DNA of 44,288 bases from Octopus bimaculoides (Eukaryota): positions 143,848,976 through 143,893,263 of the forward strand of contig NC_068981.1 in NCBI RefSeq assembly GCF_001194135.2, in the 5' to 3' direction. Position 1 is the stretch's first letter; every line of letters begins with the position of its first letter. Positions 24,336 through 36,476 of the stretch are shown one piece after another. The position numbers and the translations under genes were made by a program. The notes beneath the pieces were generated by a model. The model had not been told where the DNA came from. It saw only the letters and a program-made list of their open reading frames with translations, and ran no database searches.

Positions 24336-24654
24336 GGTTTCAGACTTTGACAACAGGCCAATAATTTCGGTGGAGGGACTAAGTCGGTTACAGTGTTGCC
24401 AGTGCTTAAATAGTAAACTCAGAACGCAAAGACTGATGGAATACCGCTAAGCATTTTACCCGGCGCGGTAACGGTTCTGCCAGCTCTCCACCTTAAATGA
24501 GTCACAAATATTTCAAATTTTGGCGGAAGGCCAGGAATTTCCGGTGCTAAATCGATTACTTCGACCTCAGGGCGAACGGAAATGTGGGCCCCGGTTGAAA
24601 TTGAACTCGAACATTTTGCGTGGAGTGCCAAACATTCTGCCAGCTTGCTTGCTT
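24336..24654 (-). mobile_element. Two tandem SINE family B copies separated and flanked by the same 19-bp TSD
   Basis: TAAATGAGTCACAAATATT at 24317-24335, 24494-24512 and 24655-24673. The intervening segments are internally deleted family B sequences. Confidence 0.85.
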
Positions 24655-25979
24655 TAAATGAGTCACAAATATTAACGACTATTTAATCCCTATAGGTGCA
24701 AGTAATGGTAATCTTACTATCACCATTAAGTGAATTTAAATGGTAATTAAAAATTTTATTGCTCAGCTTATGTTGTTTTTGTTTTTTTACATTAGGAAAA
24801 GTTATTATTGTAAACTGTTTGAAATTACATTCATTGTTTCCTAAAGAAAAATAAATATACAGCCAATGCGGTGGTAGGGGAATTGATACACGAGAAGAAA
24901 ATTACGGCTAAAATAGTTAAGCTACCCATTAAACTTCTTTTGATGAACCGAATTCATGACTTCTACCTCCATTGGCTCCGATCCATGTGTATAATGTTAT
25001 TTTAGCTGTAAGTACAAAATTGTGTTTAAACTCTCTGACCATTATGTGTATGCAAGTGTACAGTGGTGTGCATACAAATGGATACTTACATTCTCTTTCT
25101 TTTTCTCCATTTTTGTCTCTCTATCTTCAGACTGACTAACAGTTAGTCAGATCTGGAGAAAAAGAAAGAGTGGGGGATTAATGAAAAACACAAGCAGAAG
25201 TATGTGCACAAGTTATTCTGTGAGTCTTTGTGTTTGTGTGTATGAGTAAATGTGCGTAGCCACTTTCGAACGATATAACACATCATGAAAGAGCTAAGAC
25301 AGCAAAATTATGCGTCTATGAGGTCGTGGTTGAAGTGGGTAGGTGAGATAAAATTAATAACTACAGTTACTAGAAATATGCTATGCTTTGTGAAGCAGTG
25401 AATCAAAATATCGTGCAAAAGGCGATATATCAGATAATTTTGATTTTACAAAATTCTATAATATTGAATACATCGCTGAATGTCTCAAAAAACAAACAAG
25501 ATTATGAATTTTAGGATCGCTTTTAAATGAGACGGTTACGGTAACTCGGTATTATATGAGTGAAATAGTTAAAGTTATAAAAGTGAGAAACAAGATAATG
25601 TGTTTTAGATTAGCATAATGAACTGGACATGCACGTACACAAATATATGCTTATACTCAGTGGCTACTACTCACTCCAGGTCACGACGGACAGAGAAGAT
25701 GCTCTTGAAGCCAAGAATTCAGCTTACGGAGACAATATTTGCATATCACCTGAGGAAACACAACTAGATTTCATAGTGCAGGGAAATGGTTATATAATCA
25801 AGAACCTGCATGCCTGGAGAACTGCGTTGCATAGAAGCAATTGTAGCTTGCTAATTAATATAGCGACGTCTATCTGTTTCACACATACTCACTCACTCTC
25901 TCTCCCTCTCTCGCTCTATTTGTTTCTGAACAACATCTACTTCTCATTGCAGTGAAAGTACTGTCAGAACGATATAGAT

Positions 25980-26022
25980 GCCTCTGATGAGAACCCAATA
26001 AGGTTCGAAAATCGATTAAGGT
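25980..26022 (+). ncRNA. Minimal type I hammerhead ribozyme with intact core
   Basis: GCCT-CTGATGA-GAACC-CAATAA-GGTTC-GAAA-ATCGAT-TA-AGGT. Perfect CUGAUGA/GAAA core, 5-bp stem II, palindromic stem III ATCGAT, 4-bp stem I. Confidence 0.85.
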
Positions 26023-26099
26023 TGTTCATCATTTTTTTTCAGTCTGCGAGGAAATGGTTAAAAATTTGCCTTGTTTATAATTATACCATACGTTACAGG

Positions 26100-26226
<127 letters not shown>

Positions 26227-26672
26227 TGTATCGCACCAGTATTACTTGGGCTAGCGATGACAGATGAAACATGTATACTACACGAGACTGAACGTTAATT
26301 TTATACCAGCGCTTGTTTTCAATCATCGCTGCATTTGATCATACACATTGTTTATTTCAACAGGATAATTTTTAAGCCAATATAGCCTAATTGAAATAAG
26401 GTTACTTGCTGGTCCCTCTCTCTCTTTCTCTCTCTCTTATTCTTCTTATTATTATAGCATAGATTATTGTATCTAGTGGTAGTACAAACTAAATTTTTCA
26501 AAACCATGATTATTTTCAGTCTCTGCTCAATCTCCCATTTGGTGGAAAGCGCTGTTTGACGCAATGAAGTTTGCTTCTTCTTTTTTTTGTGGAAAAATGC
26601 GTTCACTGATCATCTCCAATATTCTGTTGTGTGCTGTACTTTTCGCGGCGTGTTATTAAAGCCTTAAGAAAA

Positions 26673-28300
26673 ATGCTCAAACGCCCTACATCTTCTAAGG
26701 CGTCTGGCGGTGATCATAAGCGCTAGAAAAAGGTTATGATGCTCCATGAGAAGGCACAATTGCTGAATATGTTCCGGGAAGGTAAAAGTTATGCGGGAGT
26801 TTGTTGATATTATGTTGTCAACGAAAGCACCATACGCTACATAAAGAACGAGGTGGCGATCAGGACTACCGTAGCAGTAAGCTTCTGTGAACGTGTCAGA
26901 AAGATAACGATAGTGAGAAATAAGCACTTCGTCAGGATGGAATCTTCCTTGGCATTGTGGATCAGTGACTGCAAGAAGAAAAACATCCCCTTGAGCGGTA
27001 ACAACATCCGCGAGAAAGCGCGGAAATTATACCAGCAGTTCGACGGAGAAGACGGAGCCGAAGGCACCGAAGAACAGCAACCAAGATCATTGACAGCACC
27101 GGAGCCCGAAAATTTTCAAACCAGCAAGGGATGGTTTGACCGTTTCCAGAAACGGTTTAAAATAAAGTGTGTTTCCCTGCATGGAGAGACAGCATCAGCC
27201 GACAAAGAAGCCGCCGAGAAGTACCTTGAGACTTTCAGGTAGATCATCGAGGACAAGGGATACAAGCCGGAACAGGTTTTCAACATTGATAAGATTGGCT
27301 TGTTCTGGAAGAAGATGCCATCTAGAGCGTACATCATGAAGGACGAAGCCAGAGCCCCAGGATTTAAGGTACAGAAGGACAGAGTGATGCTAACTATATA
27401 TTGCAATGCTGCTGGCTCCATGATGAAGCCAGGACTTATCTACAAATCCACGAAACTGAGGGCCTTCAAAAATAAGAATAAAATCCTGCTGCCTTTCCAC
27501 TGGATGCACAACTCTAAGACCTTGATTACCAAATATCTAACTATGAATTGGTTCCACCGATGCTTCATCCCTCAAGTCAAGATACACCTCCAAAATGTTT
27601 GCATGGATTTCCAGGTGTTGCTTGTTATAGATAATACTGGTGGTCATTCTTTGGATTTGAATCACGAAGGGGTCCAAGTCGAGTTCCTCCCTGCCAATAC
27701 TACCTCCCTCATCCAACGTATGGATCAAGGCGTGAACCGTACCTTCAAGGCACTTTACACTTGGAATTCTCTCCAGCACCTTGTGGAAGCAATGGATTCG
27801 GACGACAATTACAAGTTAAAGGAGTACTGGCGTAACTTCACGATCGCATTGTGACTGTCAATCATCCACGCTACTCTTAAAGACATGAAAAACGAAACCC
27901 TCATCACATGCTGGAAGAAGGCGTGACCAGTGTGTCCAGGACTATGATGGTTTCTCACCTGAAGATATTCAGCACGAGACTGTCAGCAATGCGGGAAAAC
28001 TGGCAAAGGTACTTGGTGGCGAAGGCTTTGACGACATCACGCAAGATGAGGTCAACAACCTCATTGATGCCCACTCTGAAACCCTGAGAGACGAAGATAT
28101 GTTGGAGTTAAGTAAGTCTGCCAGCAAAGAGAGGAAGCGCCAGATCCAGTGGAAAGGAAGAGGAGGTTGAGGTGGGCCTGGCAATCGAACTTCTATCCGA
28201 CCTTTTAAGGATAGCAGAGGAATTGCAAGGGAAGGCGGAAGCAGGGGATCCCGATATGGTTCGGTCTCTCCTGTAAAACACCTGAAGAAAAGGCATCACC
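26673..28300 (+). mobile_element. Tigger/pogo transposase pseudogene (CENP-B HTH + DDE_1)
   Basis: One frame from ATG 26673: HTH KKVMMLHEKAQLL..VNESTIRYIK, CENP-B-type MESSLALWI..IREKARKLY..FQTSKGWFDRFQKR, DDE VFNIDKIGLFWKKMP / LLVIDNTGGH / LPANTTSLIQRMDQG (D-30-D). At least 5 in-frame stops; TIRs not found. Confidence 0.93.
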
Positions 28301-28505
28301 TGAAGAGCTTTAAATCAACGTCGTCTTAAATCAATATCATTCATTATTGGTGAGTAACTGTACATTTTACTTTATTTTTTATTAAATTATCATTATGTGT
28401 GTGCGTGTGTCTGTGTGTGTGTTTGTGTTTGTGTGTGTGTGTGTACTCACTATACCAATGAGTCTGAATCAAACTGTTTTGATCTCACTATCTATCTATC
28501 TATAT

Positions 28506-28547
28506 AACTGTCCGATGAACGGGAACGTGAAACTCAGAGTAACGGTT
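28506..28547 (+). ncRNA. Minimal type I hammerhead motif (U4C core variant)
   Basis: AACTGT-CCGATGA-ACG-GGAA-CGT-GAAA-CTCAGAG-TA-ACGGTT. 6-bp stem I with one G.U, 3-bp stem II, quasi-palindromic stem III, GUA triplet. Confidence 0.8.
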
Positions 28548-28579
28548 TTTTTGTTATATTTCTGCTGCTTTTAAATAAA

Positions 28580-28626
<47 letters not shown>

Positions 28627-28695
28627 ATAAAACTTACTTGGAATAGGATGTGTGGTGTTCAATCATATAATAACATAAATAATAATAATAATAAT

Positions 28696-28733
<38 letters not shown>

Positions 28734-28734
28734 G

Positions 28735-29055
28735 ATGAAAGGCAAAGTCGAACTCGACGGAATTTGAACTCAGAACGTAAAGACAGACGAAATACCGTTA
28801 AGCATTTCGCCCGGCGCGCTAACGTTTCTTATTTCTTTATTGCCCACAGGGGGCTAAACATAGAGGGGACAAATAAGGACAGACAAAGGGATTAAGTCGA
28901 TCACATCGACCCCAGTGCGTAACTGGTACTTAATTTATCGACCCCGAAAAGATGAAAGGCAAAGTGGACCTGGGCGGAATTTGAACTCAGAGCGTAACGG
29001 CAGACGAAATATCACTAAGCATTTCGCCCGGCGTGCTAACGTTTCTGCCAGCTCA
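28735..29055 (-). mobile_element. Dimeric SINE family B; second unit truncated at (TA)n
   Basis: Two head-core units joined at GCTAACGTTTCT|TATTTCTTTATTGCCCAC, the same junction as in 43561-43988. Confidence 0.9.
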
Positions 29056-29279
29056 CTACCTTGCGAAGACGAAAAATATTGTAGGAATAAATATTGGTTG
29101 TTTCTATAGTTATATATTGGTAATGTTTGATTTTAATGAATCTTGCTTGCCATGCTAAAGGAAATCGTTTCAAAGTTTTTGCAGACATTAGTAAATAACG
29201 TTGTTAGGTATAATTTATCCCTCAATTTTCTATCTTTCTCTCTAACTTCAAAGTGTATGGCTCTCTAACTCCACGCTCT

Positions 29280-29384
29280 ATGGCTCTCTCACTTACACTC
29301 TCTCTCTCATTTCACTCGCTCTCTTCCTCTCTTTCTCCCGTTCCCTCTTTATCTCACTATGTGTCTCACTCACTCTCTCCCACC

Positions 29385-29419
<35 letters not shown>

Positions 29420-29730
29420 NNNNNNNNNNATCTCTCTCTCTCTCTCTCTCTCTCTGTAGCTCACTGTCACTCCTATGCATTCACTCTCTCTTTCTCCCTC
29501 CATCTCCCACTCTCTCACTTACTTTCTGTCCGTCTCTTTCTCTCCTATCTTTCTCTCTTTCTCACTATTTTTTCGACTCCTTTTTTCTTTTTCTCTCAAT
29601 CTCTCTTTTTCTTTCTTTCTATGTCTGTCTGTCTCTCTCTTTCTCTCTGTCCATCTCTTACTCTGCTTCTCTGTCTCTCACCTTCCCTCTCTTTCTCTCT
29701 ATTCCTCTCTCTCTCAATCTCTCTCGGTAC
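29280..29730. repeat. (CT)n-rich polypyrimidine tract
   Basis: Direct reading. Confidence 0.92.
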
Positions 29731-29789
29731 TAGATCAGAGCCGTTGCTTTCTTTTCTTTTCTTCCTGAATGCATTGCATATGATGCAAA

Positions 29790-30235
29790 TGTGACGGTGA
29801 TGTGGAGCTGGAAGTCGTAGTATATGTTTGAGATGATGGTGATGATCATGATGATCATGATAATGAAGATGGCGATGGTGGTGGTGGTGGTGGTGGTGGT
29901 GGTGGTGGTAATGATGATGGTGGTAATGATGAAGATGGTAATGATTTTGAGGAAGACGATGAAGTTTAGGATGATAAATATAATGATGAAATGAAAATGG
30001 TAATGATATCACCAGGTGATGATGATGATGATGATAGTGATGGTGGTGGTGGTGGTGGTGGTGGTCGTCGTCGTCGTCGTCGTCGTCATCGTCGTCGTCG
30101 TTGTCGTCGTCGTCGTCGTGGTCGTGGTGGTGGTCTTGGTGGTGGTCGTAGTGGCGTTACTGCTGCTGCTACTGCTGCTACTACTGTTGCTACAGGTGGA
30201 CGGGGTTATGGTCGTCGTGGTCGTCGTGATGATGC

Positions 30236-30310
<75 letters not shown>
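29790..30310. repeat. Compound trinucleotide microsatellite (GAT/GGT/CGT/GCT)
   Basis: Direct reading. Confidence 0.92.
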
Positions 30311-30313
<3 letters not shown>

Positions 30314-30469
30314 GTCGATTGATCCCTGAGTAAGGAAGACAATAGCATTATTTGAAGCGAGTGTTGTTTTCTTTTAATCTTAGTTTCTTTGAAATATGAT
30401 ATATTTTTTTTTCTCTTTTTGTCAGTTATTACAATTCCTAAACGTTATTAGTGGAGTGCACATGTTGCT

Positions 30470-30600
30470 GGCAACGAGTGAATGCCGCACTAAATTCTGG
30501 CACACTATCAACTCCGATGCCTTTATGTTTAAATTCTAATCCCACTGCAGTCGACTTTAACTGCTTTCATCTTTCAGGATTCAATAAATATACCGAGTGT
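30470..30600 (+). mobile_element. Old SINE family B fragment
   Basis: GTCGACTTTAACTGCTTTCATCTTTCAGGATTCAATAAATATACC resembles the family B core. Confidence 0.5.
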
Positions 30601-30716
30601 GTTGCGTTTTTTTTTCTTTCTTTTCTGCCTTTTCTTCCATCTGTGAATATGGTGTGGGGCCTGATCAATAACCTCTCAACTTACAAAAGCAATCTTGAGA
30701 CCAGTTAAGAAAAATG

Positions 30717-30719
<3 letters not shown>

Positions 30720-30783
<64 letters not shown>
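30720..30783. repeat. (AAT)n microsatellite
   Basis: Direct reading. Confidence 0.97.
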
Positions 30784-30785
<2 letters not shown>

Positions 30786-31989
30786 CCAACAATAGCAACA
30801 ACAGTACTAATAACAACAGCATTCAAGTATCCTCAGCGGTAATATCCTCTCAGACTTACAAAAAATAATAAATGAATAACTAAAAACAAAGATCTTACAA
30901 CCTTCTAACTAATAAATGCGAATCATTTTTAAATGTTTGTTGTCGATTTAATGATTTCAGATCAAATTTATGGAAGGTACATTGAAACTCAAAATTTTTT
31001 TCTATTTTTCTGATCATCAAAACATCTTTCATCTCAACATAATATCTGTACATCTCCACCTTCATTATTATTTTTTGTTCCTTCGTCATCCGTTCAATGC
31101 CTCTCTTTTCCCATACATTTATCTTTGTTTTTGTTGGGGTTTTTTCGATGCAAGTAGTTATTTGTTTTTGCTTTTTGTTTTGTTTTATTCCTCATTTCTT
31201 TCTGCTCGCTAAACAATATATTGTCTTCACCTAAAAATGCTAAGACCTCATATAACTGTACTAATATTTCGCTAACCACTCTAATCTCCTAATTCAACGA
31301 TGGCGTCTCGACATTGTCGGTCAATTTCCCATAAATAGTTGCTAAATCACCATTTAATTTTATCGATCTGTAGGATAAAATCAAAGTCTACTTTAGGAGA
31401 GATTTGTACTCTGATGTATTGTAGAGAATCTTATCCCTGGTCAAAATGTTTAATTTTAAGCCAAAGTGTAATTCTTTCTATTTTTTCAGATAAGTTCAAT
31501 ATCTTATTGCATATTGTTATCATATATATCGTTAACATATGACAAGATTATTATGTCTGGAACTCATTTGATCATAGGTTTTCTCGATCAGTGTTGCCCT
31601 GGGGCTAAACAACAATAACTCTCTAACTCCACCTGTACATCAACTTGCTGTGCCAACGTCAGGAGCCGTTTTGTCTCTTATTCATCCTCTCTGAAACCTT
31701 ATAAACAGAACACTCCTCGTTATGCCACATATTTAATAGAAAAATAAATGCCGTTTCGATTACAATACTTCATAGGATATATGAATCCGTATAATTTCTG
31801 TTGAGAAAGTTGGTTTGTAGAAAATCGAACAAAAGAACTTTTAGTATTTAATCATTCATCCAGTACGACTAACTTTACATGTTATTCTCCCGGTTTAGGA
31901 AAAATAAGTACTCGTCAGGAACAGCAGTCAGTAGTTATAGATTATATATTACCTAAAAATTTTAGTCTTTACGACTATGCAAAACCAAT

Positions 31990-32590
31990 ATACGGTGGTA
32001 GATAGGCAGAATCATTAGAGCATCAGGCAGAATGCTTCACGTTTATAAGTTGCATCCCTGTAACTTATGAATTCACATCCTGCTGAAGTCAACTCTACCG
32101 TTAATCTTTCCGAAAATCAGTTATACACAGTACCATTAAAAGTACTTGTCGAATTCAATGACTACTCCCTCCTTGAAATTTCTGGCCTTGTATCTATGTT
32201 AAAAGGGCAGTGGGTTGGTAGAATAGTTGAGCGTCGGAAAAGTGCATTGTGATAGTTTTTCCGGCTCTCGGTATTTTAAATTCAAATCTTGCTGTTTCAC
32301 TCTTCTGGGGTCAATAAAATTCCAGTCAAGTACTGAGCCCGATTACATTGATTAAACCCTCTTCCTCAGTATGTAAAATTGTTTTTGTGTTAGAAACAAT
32401 TATTTCCAGGGCTGTGGAGTGGGAAAGGCATTATTTCAAGGGGCAAAATACCTGGCGTTATTTTAATATGTTCCTTTAATTTCTAAGTTTTAATCTCATC
32501 GGGGCAGCCTTTTCCTTTTATCCTAAGGATATCGATAAAATAATGTGTCGCTTAAGCATTTAGAGTTGATCTAATCGACCTAATTCTCAT
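31990..32590 (+). mobile_element. Three diverged head-to-tail SINE family B copies
   Basis: Three successive head (GGCAGAAT../GGTAGAAT../GTGGGAAAG) plus core (..GATAAAAT..GTAC/..GATCTAATCGAC) units starting at about 31990, 32205 and 32405. Confidence 0.55.
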
Positions 32591-33199
32591 CGTTTAGATG
32601 TAAACAGCCGTTTGGAATAACACTACGTTTTACAAAAATCAATATCGCTTCCAAGCAAAAGCGAAGAAATATCTTCATCGGTAAAGCACCCAGTAAATAC
32701 TGTGTGCTACTGATGTATATTTTGTTTTCACGCACTCCAGGTTCCAATTTCAAATTTTAGCTATGGGTTTAACATTTAAATTTCATTCTTCTGAAGTTGT
32801 TTAAATTTTTTTAACTAGATTTGGAAGAAGAAATTGGGTTCGAAATAATCGAATATTCTCTCCACCGAAATGTTCAGTTTCACTAGAAATCAATACCTTA
32901 TTTTGCATTATTTAAATATATACTTTCATTCTTTATAGTAAATCCCTCATATGTTAACCGCAGCAGACAATACTTCCACGAAAAAATACTGTAAAAAGGG
33001 TAGTATAAACAGAATTTGTATACAAATGTCTGTTTGAAAATGAACTAGACTGTTAAGTGATCGGATTAATTTGTCAAACACCACTTTTTGCAATAGGTTA
33101 TGGTTAATGAACTAACATAATCGCAGTGTGATTGAAATGAGAAAGTTAAGTATCTCCGTTGTACCAAATAAATAATGAATTTGATGAAACAATTGTATA

Positions 33200-33720
33200 T
33201 TGTATATTGTAAATGAACACCTTGACTTGCCCAAAACCAGTATAAGTTGTGATGTCATGATCAGGTAGTAAAAGTTCTGCATTGGAAACTGTGAAATATG
33301 GAGGTTAGACCATAAACCGTAGAGAGTGACAGAGTTGGAGACTTGGAAAATCTTGTGGGATTTCCCAGTTCAAACAAACCTGTTGTTTGAAAACAAGAAA
33401 CCGGCCTTAGTGGTGGTGGACAAAGTAAACTTTGTAACTGATGCTGCCTGCCCATTTATCTCTTGAATAGTTAAGAAGGAAGACGAAAAGGGAGACGCGA
33501 CCACCATATGAAAAGCCATATTGTGGACGATGAAAAAAATGAAGATAGTACCCATTAACATCGGGACCTTGGGGACAGTATCAAAAGATATTGAGAGGAA
33601 CGTAAAGAAAATGGAAACAAAGTGTCAAGGAGAGCAGATGCAAGAAGTTTGCCTCCTTGGCAGGGTTAGATATTTGCAGAGAACAAATAGCATATTACCG
33701 TAAGCTACAGGTGGTAAGCC
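33200..33720 (+). mobile_element. 3' fragment of a REL-endonuclease LINE (R4/Dong-like)
   Basis: Manual translation: HDQVVKVLHWKL..HKP*RV..WKILWDFPVQT..KPALVVVDK..TDAACPF..KEDEK..KMKIVPINIGTLGTVSK..MQEVCLLG. This fits the CCHC plus PD..D REL domain of R4/NeSL/CRE-type elements; degraded. Confidence 0.8.
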
Positions 33721-33769
33721 CGCTGTTCATTTAAGATTCCTGAAGTTTCAAAGGAACGTGAGTAAAAAG

Positions 33770-33922
33770 AATATTAAGAAGAACGGTTTCAAATGTTGGG
33801 ACAATGCCAGCCTTTTCGGGGCTGGGGATAGGTTGATTTTATCGAACCCAAAACCATGTAAGACGAACTCAACCGCGCCAGAATTTGAATTCATAGCGTA
33901 AAGATGAACGAAATGCTTCTAA

Positions 33923-33985
<63 letters not shown>
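33770..33985 (-). mobile_element. SINE family B fragment followed by (AAT)n
   Basis: TTTATCGAACCC..GACGAACTCAACCGCGCCAGAATTTGAATTCATAGCGTAAAGATGAACGAAATGC is the reverse complement of the family B core. Confidence 0.65.
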
Positions 33986-33986
<1 letters not shown>

Positions 33987-36314
33987 GGATATTTCTTTAC
34001 TGGTGACAAGGGCCTACATAAAAATGTACAAAAGACATGGGTATAAAAACAGAACACGAGCTAACAGAACAAAACACGAGCTAAATTAAAATGAAAATTC
34101 CACAATACGGCGGAGACCTCTGAGGGCTTCCCTTGGAAACCTTACAAAAATCACGATCTCCCTGACCGCTTAGGTAAGTGCATCCACAGAGTAAGCCCTT
34201 TCAAGCAGTCCATGAAATTTTGAAAGTTACTAAATGACTCATCAACAGTTATATATATACATACATGCATACATACATACATACATACATACACACACAC
34301 ATATATGTATATTCATATAGAGAGAGAGTGAGAGGGAAGAAAGAGAGAGAGAGAGAGGTATTAATGCAAATAAACAGAAGAAAGCTTGACACTTATATAC
34401 GTACAAATATATAGATAGATAGATAGAAAAAAAAGACAAATGGGTTTTAAAATTTAATATAGCTGTTTCGATAGAATTTTATTGATACATTCATAGATTA
34501 TATCATAGCATAAGTCCACCATCTTCGGGTAAAATTTTAGTCATATAAACAAGCAAGGTAAAATACTGATGATGATCTAGCCAACAATCGTTTCACCATT
34601 CTTCAGACATACGACGGTTGAGTGCCGAATAGAGAAAACAAAAAAACAACGAATTTATCTGACAACCAAATACATAGCGTGGAAATATATTTGTGTGAGA
34701 ACGTAAATGGTGATTGTAATATTCATGACTTTCCGAAAAGGATTTGCCGTATAAATTAAATAAACTTGTATCAAGTGAGATTCGAAACTGCGTAATTTCA
34801 TGCATGCCAATAGCTTACATCTGATTGAACTTTGCTCACTGTGGAAAAAAAGATAAACTTAAAAACTCCTAAAAATGTCAGGGGATTTGATCAACAAGTT
34901 TTGTGTCACTTCATTATAAAATACCCACGAGACTTAATATGAGGCCGGTTTAGGAAAGCATCCATAACAGAATAGAATCAAAACTGTCATTACTATCTTA
35001 ATATTGGATGTATGATGGATGTATGCAGGGTTTCTATCATCTAACCTTATTCAATGTCTCTAATAATGCTATTTGCCAACGGCAATTAATCAGTAATTCC
35101 TTTCTCCGTCTAAAGCCCGAGTGTAACCTCAGTAACTTGCTTTGTGGATTTGACTGCAAGATAGATCTCTTAGTGATTCACTGTCTAAGGTTATCGCCAA
35201 ATTGACTTCATTCTTTCAGACTTCTAGTGAGAGAGGAAAATATGCAACAATTTTGGCATCTGACCAGTATTCAGCAGTAGAAACGAACTTTTGTCCGACC
35301 AACGAATCCCTTGTAATTTCCAGAGTTTAAGCTATTATTCTATGGCTTCTATCCAAACAAGTCTTCATGCTAGCCTTCGTGCAACATTAGAAGCCCTCCA
35401 ACAATGTAAACATTACTTTTATTCATTTAAAGGTCCCTATTAACATCTAGCCTCTAGGGCCTATTGGCTCATCTAAAATGTCCCAGTCTTAATAAAGCAT
35501 TTATTTCCTATAAATTCTATATCTCATTTTAGCGAATAATTTCATTATGTATCTGTAAACAATAATCAAAGTGTTTTGCCTAATTCACTAAAAGCTTCAT
35601 AAACTGGTCATAAAAATTAACGCTTGTTAAGGATTTTATTATTTTAGAGTTTGTCTCATTCCGTTAACACAATCCTTTAATGCAAGGGAGAACAAATAAT
35701 TATTCTAATATGAATAGTTTGCATTACGCTAAAATTATTGTCCATAATCACATGAATTCAAATTACAAATTTTTATTAACATTTTAGGACGACTTCAGGT
35801 AGGCTCTACGTTCCATTATTTTACATATGTTAACACAGGTTACATGCGTATGTGTACAGACCTGTTATTCGTTATGCATACACCTTGTTGAAGCAGAATT
35901 TAATAATGGCTTGACACTATATAGCAGTACAGTGCAGAGAATTTCAAACTGTATATCCCGATACTTTAATGCGTCACTGATGATCTCTTGTTGTGTTACG
36001 ATATTGTATCTGATCATATTAATTATCACAAATATTTAACCCTGAAATATATTTCAGTTCTCATTATTATGCGTATTATTTGACATCTGACTGGTAACGC
36101 GATATCTTAACTAATTTATGAGACAACGTAATTAACGCATAACGAGTATATTATTTTCAAAAAGTCACATCACGACGAAAAGTGTGGAAAGCTCAAGAAC
36201 AGTGTGTTATTATAGTGGCACTTGCATTAAGTTACATAAGAGGAAACCTTTGTTGGAGTCAGCAGATTTTCACATTATCATATTCGTATACGATCATGAT
36301 AATTTATTCCAAAA

Positions 36315-36476
36315 AGAAGGTAGCAAGCTTGCATAATCGTTAGCTTTACATTCTGCGTTCAAATTCCACCGAGGCTGATTTTCTCTTTTATCCTTCCGTA
36401 GCCGATAGAATAAATACCGGGTCGGCAGTAGGGTCGATTTAATCGACTTAATTCTCCTCTAAAATTGCTAACCTTA
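36315..36476 (+). mobile_element. SINE family B, internally deleted
   Basis: AAGGTAGCAAGCTTGCATAATCGTTAGC..TTCAAATTCCACCGAGG..TATCCTTCCGTAGCCGATAGAATAAATACC..GGGTCGATTTAATCGACTTAA. Confidence 0.7.

Noticed and set aside
24317-24673. CRISPR-like array (three identical 19-mers with unique spacers)
   Set aside because: Eukaryotic context, spacers of about 150 bp that are SINE copies, and no cas genes.
26673-27930. Rescue of Tigger stop codons by A-to-I editing
   Set aside because: At least five stops, several of them TGA, and the aligned residues are mostly not Trp; ordinary pseudogenisation is simpler.
35000-35460. Possible Tc1 relic (IRWSDKSSF on the minus strand)
   Set aside because: A single short motif with no other transposase motif found.
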